Positions 10,905 to 22,800 of a DNA stretch of 64,000 bases are shown piece after piece; positions within the stretch are counted from its first letter, which is position 1; each line of letters starts with the position of its first letter. The notes under the pieces are model-generated. The model saw nothing but the letters and a program-made list of their open reading frames with translations. It did no database searches and was not told the DNA's origin. The position numbers and the translations under genes were made by a program. The DNA comes from Geosiphon pyriformis uo1 (taxonomy: Eukaryota > Fungi > Glomeromycota), in NCBI GenBank assembly GCA_016748015.1, contig JAAOMT010000183.1:507877-571876 (forward strand), in the 5' to 3' direction.

Positions 10905-12250
10905 ATGGCCAGAAGCAAAAGCCATTCAAAGAGCAAATGCAGAATTTGTTGTTGAATTTGTTCATCAAAATTTGATTTGTTGACACAAATGCCCAAAAAA
11001 ATTACTATTTAACCAAAAAACTCACTTTGCAAATAGAACATTAGCAGAATTAAGTTAAAGATTTGGAATTAAAAGACCATTATTATTACCATACTATTCA
11101 CAAACAAATAGTTTAGTAGAAAGATTTAATAGAACATTATGTGAAGCAATTGCCAAAATCAGCCAAGAAAACCAGAATGAATGGAATTTGTTAATACTAT
11201 CAGTATTATTTGCTTATCAAACAATGAAGCAAAACACCACACAAGCAACACTATTTAAATTAGTATATAATAGAACAGCAATATTACCAGTAGAAACAAA
11301 AGTCAGCACATATCTAACAGAACCAATAACAGAAGACAATTTTCAAGAAACATTATTAAAAAGAACATATGACTTAATAAAAACACTAGAAAACAAATGA
11401 GAAGGAGCAGCTGATAATATTCAAAAGTCACAAGAAAAACAAAAAAAAAGACACAATAACCAACTATCAGATAAACCAGTTGAATTTAAAATTGGAGACA
11501 AAATACTTTTACATCAAACCAAAGCAAAAAAACAATAGAGTGAGAAATTTGACTCCAAATAGGACAGACCATTTTACATAGAAGAAATTTTTGAAAATAG
11601 AGCTTATAAATTAAGATAGAACAACAAAATCTTAGCCAAAGCAGTACATAGTAATTGACTAAAACCATATTATTATATAGTATTGTTATTCACTAATAAT
11701 ATTCTATAACTAGAAGTACAATAAATATTAGTTCAACCAGAGGAAATTCTACAAGATTTGAAACCAATTATAATCATTAAATCAAACACATCAAATTAAA
11801 CAACCAAAAAAGTATATAAAGACATAGTATACATGACAAAAGATACCAAAAAAATAGAAATTACTAACAATATACACACACTGACACAGCAATTTTTCCA
11901 ATTGATTCAACAACAGAATATAAAAATTACCATTAACTAACAAACCATTCGATATAAAAATACAAAAAAGAGACCTCAACAAAAAAAACAGAAAAAACCA
12001 GAAACCATCATTGACAAAATAATAACAAAAGTAAAAGTGGCAATAGAAATACAAACAAAAGATGTATTATATCAAGAGATAATGATAGAAATGTGGAATT
12101 GGTGGATACAACAATTTCCAAGAAACTTTTGTTATTTCCACTTGAGACAACATTTGAATATTCAAAACTTATATACAGATAAAACAAAATAATTATTCAA
12201 CACAACAATATTACAACAACTTGAACAATTTGTGGAAAAAAACAATCTAA
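10905..12250 (+). mobile_element. Outer Gypsy element continued: integrase C-terminal part and truncated ORF3; no 3' LTR
   Basis: Sequence resumes exactly at W|PEAKAI after the TSD; similar to 8433-9320; ends abruptly against an inverted LINE ORF1 fragment (right end approximate). Confidence 0.85.
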
Positions 12251-14450
12251 TCACACAAAAGACAAATAAACCTAAAAAATCACATTTAAAAAATGAATGT
12301 TCAAAATGTCCACACTTTTTACAACAAACTAAATTCAATTTGGTCCAAAAGAATTTCATATCATTAAAAATTGGTTTTATATAAAAAGCAAATTCCAGTT
12401 TCTTATTTAATTCAAAATTAACTACAACACAGCAAATTTTATTGTTTGTTTTAAATAACTGATTTATAATGCAAATTTTTTCACTAATTTTTTCTAACAA
12501 AATATCCAGATCATGTGCAATTGTTTCTACAAAAAGTATAAACAAAAGAGCCTTATATTAATTTCTAGACATTTATATATTATAATTTTTTATAGTTTTA
12601 GTCACTATTATAGGTGATTATTTGGGTGTTAAAACAAATAACAAACCTGTAACTTGGTACTCAATAGTTAAAAATATTGGTAATTTCTAAAAATTTTAGT
12701 TGAGTTTTTTGTATAATAGATAGAAATTTAATTAATGGTTTTTTTTGTAAATTTTTTTTTTAATATAATAGCCAGTTTATTTTGGCAGTTGTGTCTTTTT
12801 GGTAAGCTATTCTTAAATTTTTATCTTTATTCCCAGATTTTTTACCAGGCTATTTTTAACATTAAATACTTAATGCTTAATTTTTTTAATCAATTAGCAA
12901 ACAACAAAAAAAATAAAACAAAATAAAATAAAACAAAATAAAAAAAATAAAAAAAAATAGAAAAAAAAAATAAAAAATTAGTACTCTGTCAATAGCTGTG
13001 ATTAAAAGCTATTGGTTTAGTGTAATTAAGTATTGAATTCTATTAACATAGAATACTAATAGTATGAAATTGATTAATATTTCTTAATTAAATAATAGTA
13101 ATATAAATTCAGGTAATAATTAATATTTTATTGATATGTAATTTGATTTTACTTTAAGTTATAGAAAATTACCTTTTGAAAAAAAAAATATTGGATAATT
13201 AATGAGTTGTAATTAATTCTTTTGGATCAATTCTGTCTTTTTTGTTTTTAATACTTTTGTTATATATACATAATTTTTATTATATAAGTTCTTGTATTTT
13301 TTTAAGCAATGTGTCCTATTTTTTCTTATTACTAAGCAGTATGCCATAATTTACTAACAATATATCTATTGCTAAGCAATATGTTATAATTTTTTAATAT
13401 TGTGCTTACTTATTAAATTCTATTCTCTTATTGGTCTATTTTTCTATCTGTTTTTCTTACTTTCTTTTTTGTACTTTTTTATAAGTAACATTATTTACAC
13501 TAAATTTTTTTTGATAAAAAATAACTACTTAGCTATTAACAACTCTGCTTGACTCAATTTGGCAAATTTTACTACAGTTTTTTGTTACAATTTAATTAAT
13601 TACAATTGGATTGAAACAATTTGACCAAACTTAGCTACTATGACAATGATTATTTTTTTTAATGTATTTATAAAAATTTTTTTAATTATTACAATCTAAT
13701 CTGAATGTATTTCTTGTTTTTTAAGATTGTTGTTTATCTTGATGTCTTTTTTTTTAACCAATAATACAGCTTTATTTATGTTTTTTTTTGATATAAATAT
13801 AAATCTAATAATCTTTTTAAATTTTAAAAAAATAGTGGTTTCTCCAAAACTATTAATTATTGAAAAAAAATTTCTAATTACCTAAGTTTTTGTTGTTGCT
13901 GACTTGTTTTTTATTGCTAAAAAATTAATATTCAAAGCAAAAAATTTTTTAATGAGTTTTTACTATTTTAGGATTAATCTATTTTTTGTCTAAAGATAGA
14001 TTAAAAAAAAGAAAAAAAAGTTTTTTATTTTTATTTATGTTAAAGTTAATTGTACTAATAGAAAAGTTTTATTCCAAATCAGTATGAATTTTTTTAGTCT
14101 TAAGGGTTATTACTATTAAACCAAAAAAACTATTATTATTAATAACTACTAAAACATTATTATTTTTACTATTATTAGATTTACTATCTATGTTTAAATA
14201 TACACTACTACTAGCATTAAGTTTGACCAAAAAAATATCTTTTTTATTATTAGAATACTTAATATTACTTATAAAAACTTTTTTTTTTGGAAAAAAAAAC
14301 CTCTAATTAGTCTATAAAAAACTTTTTTAAATGTTTTTTTTTAGACATATTACTATCAAAAGCAGTCACTAAGTTTACTATAAAAAGATTATTCACTTAT
14401 AAATATTGAAAAACAAAAACAAAAAACTTTTTTTTCAAAAAACTGCTCTT
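12250..14450 (-). mobile_element. Heavily decayed LINE ORF1 fragment, split by a solo LTR
   Basis: Minus-strand 'CKKCGHFEHSFFKC' knuckle, 'KALLFILFVETIAHDL', 'AKFGQIVSIQL*LIKL*QKTVVKF' matching ORF1 at ~30700-31170; ends approximate. Confidence 0.75.
12606..13490 (-). repeat. Solo LTR related to families A/C
   Basis: Reverse complement begins TGTTACTTAT (13490) and ends ...ATCACCTATAATA (12606); shares the LTR 3' part and CATTGCT(C/T)AGCAAT-type units; flanks TCAC/TTAT are a 4-bp TSD after two C>T changes. Confidence 0.8.
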
Positions 14451-15098
14451 TGGAAAATTTAAACATAAAAAAAAAACTTTTTTTTTTTATATACTTTATT
14501 AAAATATAATAAAATAAAATAAAATATAAAAAAAGTTTTTAGCAACTTTTAAAATTTATTTTTAATTAAAAAAAATGTTTAAAAAAAACCATTTTTATAA
14601 TGTTTAATTTAATTGTTTTTACAACTAAAAAAACTTTTTAAGTTATTGTTTTTCTTAATTATTATATAAAAAATAAAAGTTGTTTTTTATTTTTATTAAA
14701 TTATAATTAATAATTTTTTTAATATTAAAATTAATGCAAATAACAAATTGTTTTACCAATAAATTTCAAAGCTTAAAATAAATCTTGAAAATATTATAAA
14801 ATTACCATTTAATAATGTAAATTTGCTAATAACTTTTTGATATCAGATTTTTTACAACTTGCAAAAAATGACTCATAATAACGTGGGGTGTGACAACGAG
14901 AGAAATTTTCTCATCAACAAGATCAAACTCCAACCCCGCAAAAAAATTTTCACTGCTCATTAACACCTTGACTCTGCAACAGTAACGAAACCAAGTGTGG
15001 TGACTCTCAAACGAAAAAGTCTCTTTCATTATAAACGAGACTTTTTTGACGACCTTGAAGAATTTAAATTTTACCTTGATAAAATATAGAAATCCAAC

Positions 15099-15728
15099 AT
15101 GTTAAAACAATTTACGTCACAATCAAAGGGCAACCTCCTTCGCGCGATATTTCCACAACATAGCAGTTTCACTGCTGCTTTAACGGCTCCTAGCTACACA
15201 AGAAGCTTTTCGACCACCAGCCCGAGCTTATTGGCCACCGTTTATTTTGGTAATGTGAGTTGGAACGCAACTGAACAAGATTTTAGTGAACTTATCACAA
15301 AATATGGTGAGGTTACTGTTCGTCTGCCACGCGACGCAATGGGTCGTGTTCGTGGTTTTGCTTTCGCCGAGTTCAAAGAAGACGAAGCTGCTGAGAAAGC
15401 CATATCGGAACTGGATGGTGCAACTTTCTTGGGTAGAGATTTGAGAGTAAGTTTGGCTCAACCAAATACGGGAGGTAGTCGAGATAGATACAGTGGTGAT
15501 AGGTTCGGTGGTGGTGGTGGTGGTGGTGGTGGATACGGTTCTCCAAGAAGCTTTAGTGGCGATCGAGGTGGTGGTGGTTTTGGTGGTGGCAGACCTGGTG
15601 GCGGTGGTTTTGGTGGCAGACCTGGTGGTGATAGTTTCGGTGGTGGCAGACCTGGTGGCTTCGGTGGTGGTGGTGATCGAGGAGGTTATGGCGCACCACG
15701 TCGTGATCGATTTGATGAGGAAGAATAA
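15099..15728 (+). CDS. Single-RRM glycine-rich RNA-binding protein, probably mitochondrially targeted; intronless
   Basis: RNP2 'VYFGNV', RNP1 'RGFAFAEF', GGGFGGGRP/RGG tail; N-terminal ~45 aa rich in R/K/S/T with no acidic residue. Confidence 0.9.
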   Translation: MLKQFTSQSKGNLLRAIFPQHSSFTAALTAPSYTRSFSTTSPSLLATVYFGNVSWNATEQDFSELITKYGEVTVRLPRDAMGRVRGFAFAEFKEDEAAEKAISELDGATFLGRDLRVSLAQPNTGGSRDRYSGDRFGGGGGGGGGYGSPRSFSGDRGGGGFGGGRPGGGGFGGRPGGDSFGGGRPGGFGGGGDRGGYGAPRRDRFDEEE

Positions 15729-16281
15729 TCTTGACAAAGCCTTTTTTTCTTTCACTGATAGGTAAAATTTCACATTTTCTTGAATAATTAACTACAAGCA
15801 GACTGTACAATTCTTAAAAATCCTGTTATTTTCCCTGTGTTATCTAAGAAAATAAACTCAGCTTCTTCTTATGGGAGTAGAAAATTTTCTATAGCTCAGG
15901 AAAAAGTTTATCAAAAGCCGATTTAACCAAAGGTGCAAGGCTATTCAAAAGCATAATGGGAATATAATATTATAGAAGCGTAAACATAAAATAGGATATT
16001 TGCGTTTCTCTTTCAAATATTATAATATTCCAATTTGGTATCATTAATAATAATAATAATAATAACATCAAAAGCTAAATTGAATTTGGAATGGAAGTCT
16101 GAACCAAATCTTTTTGAATTTTCTAAACACTAAGGTTTTTGATGTCTAATAAAACCAATTTAATTTTTATAATTATTTCAACAGTGCGTACATGTGACAT
16201 TTTCCACTAAGTTAAATTTATATGATTTTTCAAGTTCAAAAATCAACAGAAAAGCCGCTCCTTATTTATTCACCCCTCAGG

Positions 16282-17544
16282 ATGTCTTACCTTAATTGTA
16301 CACCTGGCAGTAAGATACTGTTAGTTGGTTCTTCAAAAACTAATCCCTCTCAGATTGAAGAAACTAGGACACAATTCATTAAACAAGTCACCGAGACAGG
16401 GGTGGTTGATGCAAAAACCTTGGAACAATTGAATGAAGGTTTGAAAAATTATAGCTCTTTCGATCCTTTGGGAACTCGAATATTCCATTCGCTAAAAAAA
16501 TTCTTTTCAACAGATTCACTTCCTTCTTCTACATATAATGCTATCTACAGCAACAACTTTCCCCCGATCGCTTTTCAGCATTCCACCAAAGCTCTCACAC
16601 ACCTTGCTTCTGCTCTTCTGCCTAGTGGAGTTTTACATATCAAAGAACCAATTCTTTTAGCACCACACACTTTTCGAGAAGATTTACCTGTGATACGTAC
16701 CACTCAAAATCTCGTGAGTGAGCTTAAATTTGCTGGATTTGTGGACTTGGAGATCAAAGGCGCAGCTAGAGTTGAGGTCGAAGAAATATCCAGAATTGTC
16801 AAACAAGTTTGGGGATTTACTGATCAAGCAAAGCAAGAAGAATTGGTTGAAGCCTTGAATGGTCAATTGCATGTGGTTGCAATAGTTGCAAAGAAACCTT
16901 CTTACGAAATCGGTGCTTCATTTACACTACCATTTTCCAAGGCCACAGAAAGTATGTTGAACACCAAGAAAATTTGCTTTGTTGAAAAATTTCACAACAC
17001 TATTGAAAGACAAAAACGCTCCTTAATGAATTCCATTATATAAGCAACGAACTTGAATAAGGCAGCTATTTGGACCCTTTCTGCCGAAGAGGATAATGAA
17101 CATGCCGAGTTAGAAGATGAAGATGAATTGTTAGATGAAGAAGATTTGATAAAGCCTAAGCAGAGCTCTTTGGCTCGTAAGTTCTTCCATCATGGATTGA
17201 GCAGTATCTATCAAAGTCATTAAATTTCCGATTTTTATTAGGACCTGACTGTGAAACCGATGGGAAGCGGAAAGCCTGCAAGAATTGTTCTTGCGGTCTG
17301 GCAGAAGAATTAGAATTGAAGGCTAAAATTAACCAGCCCACAATCTCTTCATGTGGAAATGTTAAGTATAAGATATTGTAGAATTTACAAATTCGCATTC
17401 ACTCATAAGAAATTTCTTTTTCAGTGTTATCTTGGAGATGCATTTCGGTGTTCGACTTGCCCTTCCTTGGGAATGCCGGCCTTCAAGCCAGGAGAAAAGG
17501 TTGTACTTGCCGGAAATCTGATGAAAGATGATATTGAAGTATGA
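16282..17544 (+). CDS. DRE2: Fe-S cluster assembly protein Dre2 / anamorsin (CIAPIN1)
   Basis: Exons ~16282-16438, 16514-16951, 17045-17176, 17242-17360, 17425-17544; CX8CX2CXC ([15 protein letters not shown]) and CX2CX7CX2C ([15 protein letters not shown]), '[11 protein letters not shown]'. Confidence 0.95.
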
Positions 17545-17887
17545 GTATTTATGCCACGTGATCAAAAAATATTGTCACTGATTAAACAGGGAGAAAATAA
17601 TTCTAGTAAAAGATATATAGATATAATTGGTTCTAGGGTAGAAGATTTCAACGTGTTTCTAGAAACCAGAAGATTATGTTAACTAGAAAGAATCGGTAAT
17701 ACCTGACCAAATTTATAAAAATTTAATAGACGTCTAGTATCAAAGTATCAGGTATCTTGAATGAATATTAACAGAGGTGGAATTATAGGTCCAGTCGGAT
17801 TTTTATATTATGCGCCGATGATACTATAATCAAAGCCAAGTTCTATTTTTACACCAATTCTTCTCGGTTTTTTTAGTTGGTTTGCAC

Positions 17888-19234
17888 CTATCTTGCACTT
17901 TTGGGTTTTGGGCTTCGGCCCAGAAACCAACCAGCGCTCTTTGGAGCTGTGGTCTCGGGAATATTACTAAGAGATATGCGACGGAAGGGAATTATTCGCC
18001 ATCCAATAATTAGACAATTTCTGGATAATCGAAAGATTTAATTTCATTAACTCACCTCAATGTCAATCGCATATCCGTCGGGTGTCTTGGAATTACATGT
18101 TTGAGAATAAATTTTTGAGCAGAAGATGCCCCCTAAACGTCGAAAATGTTTTAAAAAAAATAGATGCCGTATTTTCATGTTGAGTAATAGTGAAGTGAAT
18201 CAAATTTAATTCATTTAAATCTTTCACCTTATCGTGATATATTGCTCCAACAAGTGCCAAAAGCGCCCTGCCAGTTGTTCGAGTCTCCCCTTTTGGAATT
18301 GCAACAAATCCTAAGGCTAAAGCATTCTGTAATTCTTGGAGATTTATCTGGTAATTTTTTGTTCAAATTAGCCATTTTAATGGTTCAAGTATACTATAAT
18401 TCATTAACTTACAGGCGTCCATCGCAATAGCTTATTCAATCCAAGTTGTTTTCCAATAAGCCCAAGAATTTTAGGATCGATATATGATTCCACACGTTCA
18501 AAAAGTTCATTTTCCTGAACTTCGTGGTCAAGTAAGAACTCAGTTGCATATAATTGAATCACACTCTCGCCTATATATACATAAGTCCATCAGGTGATCC
18601 AAAAAGGTTGATTGCAGAATTTACCTTTTATACAATTTACCGAGAAATTCCAGTCTTTCCATAGTTGGAACAGTTCCATGTTTATATGATCTGTGTGTGA
18701 CTGCTTGAGTGAGTACGGATGGATTAGTAAAATCTACGTCGATCTTTTTGGCAAATTTTGCGTACTCTTCTGTTTCATAATCTTCGCCTCTTTCATGGGA
18801 GGATGCGAGGGATGATATGGTAGCAGCTTGTTTTATCACTTATAATATTAATAGATTGAATCAGAAGAAAATGAATTGAGCTTTGGGATTCAAACATGAT
18901 AAAAACCAAATTGGAACACGTGAATTTATCTTCCGTGGGTATTGCTGTTAGAAACAAAAAATTTATTCAACAGCGACCAAAATTGAAAGACAGCTTTATA
19001 TTGGCCACAGATTGACTCTTTGGAATGTATGAAGTATTATTCGATAGAGCTTCGATGGGCCTTTTATTAATAATAATGAAATTTTTTACTGAACTTACCA
19101 TAAGGAAACGATAAAAGGGAGGGGGGTGTATGAAGTTTGCAATGAAAGGCAGGCTTCCTCGCAGTTGCCGATGCCGCTGTCCAAAGTGGTGACAATATTA
19201 ATTTTGCAGTGAGGAGGTAAGCTCGATGGGGCAT
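17888..19234 (-). CDS. RNase III-fold mitochondrial large-subunit ribosomal protein (mL57/MRPL15-like)
   Basis: Six GT-AG-joined exons; basic N-terminal presequence-like region; 'LTQAVTHRSY..ERLEFLG', 'ALVGAIYHDKGASSAQKFI'. Confidence 0.8.
18924..19062 (-). ncRNA. Intronic box H/ACA snoRNA, probable snR46/SNORA16-type guide for LSU rRNA
   Basis: In the ~260-nt first intron: hairpin 1 (GGCC..GGCC base, CTCT/AGAG upper stem), H box ATATAA (19001-18996) 14 nt from the pocket, hairpin 2, AUA-type 3' box (18929-18927); pocket strands CATCGAAG and TCAA match LSU rRNA UUGA-U-N-CUUCGAUG. Confidence 0.75.
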
Positions 19235-19806
19235 TTTTTATTAAAAAAAATTTATAGGTCTTTATAAGCAGTGTCCTGAAAAAATTTAATGGTCATCTGA
19301 CGTCTATACACCACCTGATTGGATCAGACAGCTCGACTGGCCTTTGTGGAATCACGCGTTGCCGAAGAAGCCAATTGGTTAAATCGATCAAAAATGCCAT
19401 CAACAAAGTGGTCAACAAAATAGACATTTCCTAATTATAAAAAAATTCCCCTGACATTTCTTCCTTAGTATTGGGTATACTTCTCTTTGGAAGTTAAAAC
19501 TCTAAAAATTTCTTTTGAGTGATTTTTCTTTTCAGTTGAACTCTAACGTGTTCAATCTTTTTAAGACGTTTTACGTTAAATACTTTTAGTAAGAAAACTA
19601 TCATCTATATACAAGTTTACTTTCTTTTATAAAATCGCAGCACTCCTCAATTTCGCAATCTACCACACCTTTGCATCTTTGTAACCTCAAACATTAATTG
19701 TAAAAAGTGTTTTAAAACTTCACACTTTATAGCGATTTGCACCTCCACACCAATACATTGCTTTCTTTAAATTAGGTTCCCATTTAGGTGAACGTTTCAA
19801 CTCAAA

Positions 19807-22800
19807 ATGTCTTCCGCAAGTGTAAGGCAATCAAAAGGAAGAAGACAAGAGTTCAACTCTTTTCAAAACTCCAACTCAAGGTAATTTCGATCCAAGCTCC
19901 TACTTTAAGAGGTTGATGAAACTTCTATTTTTGACCTCTCCAAAGCTTTAAACTCTATTAAATTCATACTTCATTTACCTGTAACAAGCCATACGAATCG
20001 TAATGCCAAGACTAATAAGTGGGCATCTAATAATTCCCAACATCCTGCCAACATACCACCGCGTAATAATCAGTCGATTCCTCCAATACCACCTTCAGGA
20101 ACTGCATCTTCTACCTCTAGTCATAATTTAAACACGTCTTCAATACCTACTGTTTCAAGTACACACAAATCCCTTGAAAATTCTATCCACGAAGAGGCCG
20201 CATCAAAGCATATGCATGATCGCATGTTGTGCTTGCTCGCAAATTTTGTGGTAAGTTGCTTTAAATATTCAAACTATTATTAATGATATCAGTGATCCCT
20301 CGAGTGACATTATAAAATATATATTCTTAGGGTATGACGGTCCAAGTCACTAGTAAGAATGGTAACAAATATGAAGGACTTTTTCACACTGCATCCACAG
20401 AAGGAGAACTTGGCGTGGTGTTGAAATTAGCCCGAAAAGTTTTGACAAAAGCAGAGGAAAAGACAAATAATATTAACAAAGTGATACCTACCTTCATTAT
20501 AATGGCAAAAGATTGTATGGCAATCGAGGCCTCTGGTATCGACTTTTCTGCTTCTGAAAAGAATTATTCATCAGAACGTGAAGGTCTCGTTTTTCTCTTT
20601 TGTTATCTCTTTGTAATATATCTCCATAACTTGAAATTAATATTATTTATTACGTTAATAACAGTATTTCGAACAGATACAGATATCAGTGGCCGTGCAG
20701 AAATACGTGAAAGAGAACTACTCAAATGGAGCCCAGATGAACACGGAGGGGGTGAAGCCATTGGTGGCTTGGAATATCCTTTCTTTATTATTGAAGAAAA
20801 GACTCCTCATTTTTTTGTTTGGTCACATAATGAAGATAATTTCCTTGACTGTTCCATACAGACGACCCGGCTCAAGAAACCGGAAATACAGTCGTTTGGG
20901 ATCAGTTTGTCGCAAATGAGAAACTGTTTGGCCTGAAAACAGATTTCGATGAAGAAATTTATACAACAAAATTGGATCGTTCAAAGGCTGATTTTAAAGA
21001 ACGAGAAAGACAAGCTATCCAATTAGCGAATGAAATTACACGTGTTAGTAAATTTTTAAAGGACTACATGATCTAGAAGAACTTTTTCCTCACTTTCTTG
21101 ATTTAATGAAAAATTGAAGATATTATTGGGATTCTTTTTAACCCATGCAAGACATTCATAGCTATAAAAATTTCGAGCTAGTAATTTCCGATTAAAATTT
21201 TATTTTTATTATAGACATCGACAAACAATGTCCACATGATGGAAGAACGTGGTATCATGGTCGAAGAAAGTCATATGGATGAAGAAGACAGGTTAATATT
21301 TTTTGAAATGTTAAATATATAAATATATTTTCAAATCTTTGGTAAGTTTACATCTATTTATGGCTCTAGATACGGCGCAGTAGTTCGTATCAGGGATACG
21401 AGCAAATATATGCCACCTGCTCTTCGTAAAATACAAGAGCAACAAAACGCAGTAAATGGGAAAAAGTCAGATCCTCCCAAAGAACCAGCCAAAGAGGTCA
21501 AATCGAAGCCTACAGCTCCAGAAGTTAAATCTCTACCTGCATCAGTCCTGGTACAACCCACTCCTCCCATTCAAAAAACCCCACCTTTTAATCTCGCACA
21601 ATATCGAATTTCTCAGGATATAACACAGTTACTCAATACTCATTCCCAAAGGGTAAGAGCATCTGATTTCGTTCTGTTTTCCCTCTGCTTTGCATTTTAA
21701 ATTATTTTCTTTTCCTTATGAAAGAAACATGGTATAGACGCGCGTGGTAAACCTATTGAAGGTAAAAATTTATTTATTTCATGACTGATTTTAAATAGCT
21801 AATAATAATCCTAACTGAATTTATTTCATTTAAACAAGCTCAAATAATGAACACTTTTAAACAATTTGCAAGTAATGAAAAGGAACGGCTTCAACCAAGA
21901 AAACAAGCTATCCTCAGGAAAGAGATGGACGGTAAAGTTGCTGAATTGGCTAAATGGGGTAAAAATTTCAAGGTACCTAGATCATTTTAAAATCTTTGAA
22001 TTTAAAATTAATTTGGCTAATCCCGATTATGTACATCATTATATTACAGTTGAATTCCCCTCTGCCATCAGATTTAATACCCATTCTGACGAAGGATGAA
22101 AGCAAGAGACAACAACTGGCTGCGAAATCCACAAAACCATCAACAGAAAAAGATAAGAACAAAGAAAAAGATAAATCACCAAAAGAAATAATCAAGGAAA
22201 AAGAAAAGGAAAAGGAAAAGGAAAAGGAAAAAGAAAAGGCTCCCACAAATACATTAGAGACGAGGTCAGAGAGTAAAAAGCATGAAATAAAAATCACAGA
22301 AGAAAAAACAAAATTGAACAGCGAGATTATTGAAGCCAAGCCAGTCTCAGATAAAGCCATTCATGAAAAACCTGGTTCTAATCAGACAGAAAAAGTTGCT
22401 ACAGTATTTCCGCCCGGTAAGGTTCCATCAACAACTCCAACTAACTCTCAATTCAAACTTAATGCCAAAGCGTCGGAATGGAGACCTAACCCGAATGCTG
22501 CGACCTTTACTCCGGTATACAATTTGTTTATTATTTATAAATCTGCATCCATCTTAACCAGCTCTGAGCTCATTCATAGCATCCTTTTGTAGACTACTCC
22601 AACCTCTAGTACTGGTGACAAGAGGTCTCCTGGGTCTGTAAGTATGTTCGAATTCTCTTGTGGCTGACGTCAGATTTCGGTAACTCAATATCGTAATCTA
22701 TTCACTTTAGTCACCTTTCTTCGGAAATCGGCAATTAAAAAAGAGTCCAGTCTCTTTAAAAGATAGTTTCAGCCCTTTCCAAAAAGGGAAACCATTACCT

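Noticed and set aside
15228-15810. Overlapping antisense and alternative-frame ORFs over the RRM gene
   Set aside because: Shadows of the GGT-rich low-complexity coding sequence
16222-17043. 273-aa ORF as a complete protein
   Set aside because: It reads through DRE2 intron 1 and into intron 2; the spliced model explains it
21977-22360. Minus-strand hydrophobic (FS)n ORF
   Set aside because: Antisense of the KE repeat in PBP1
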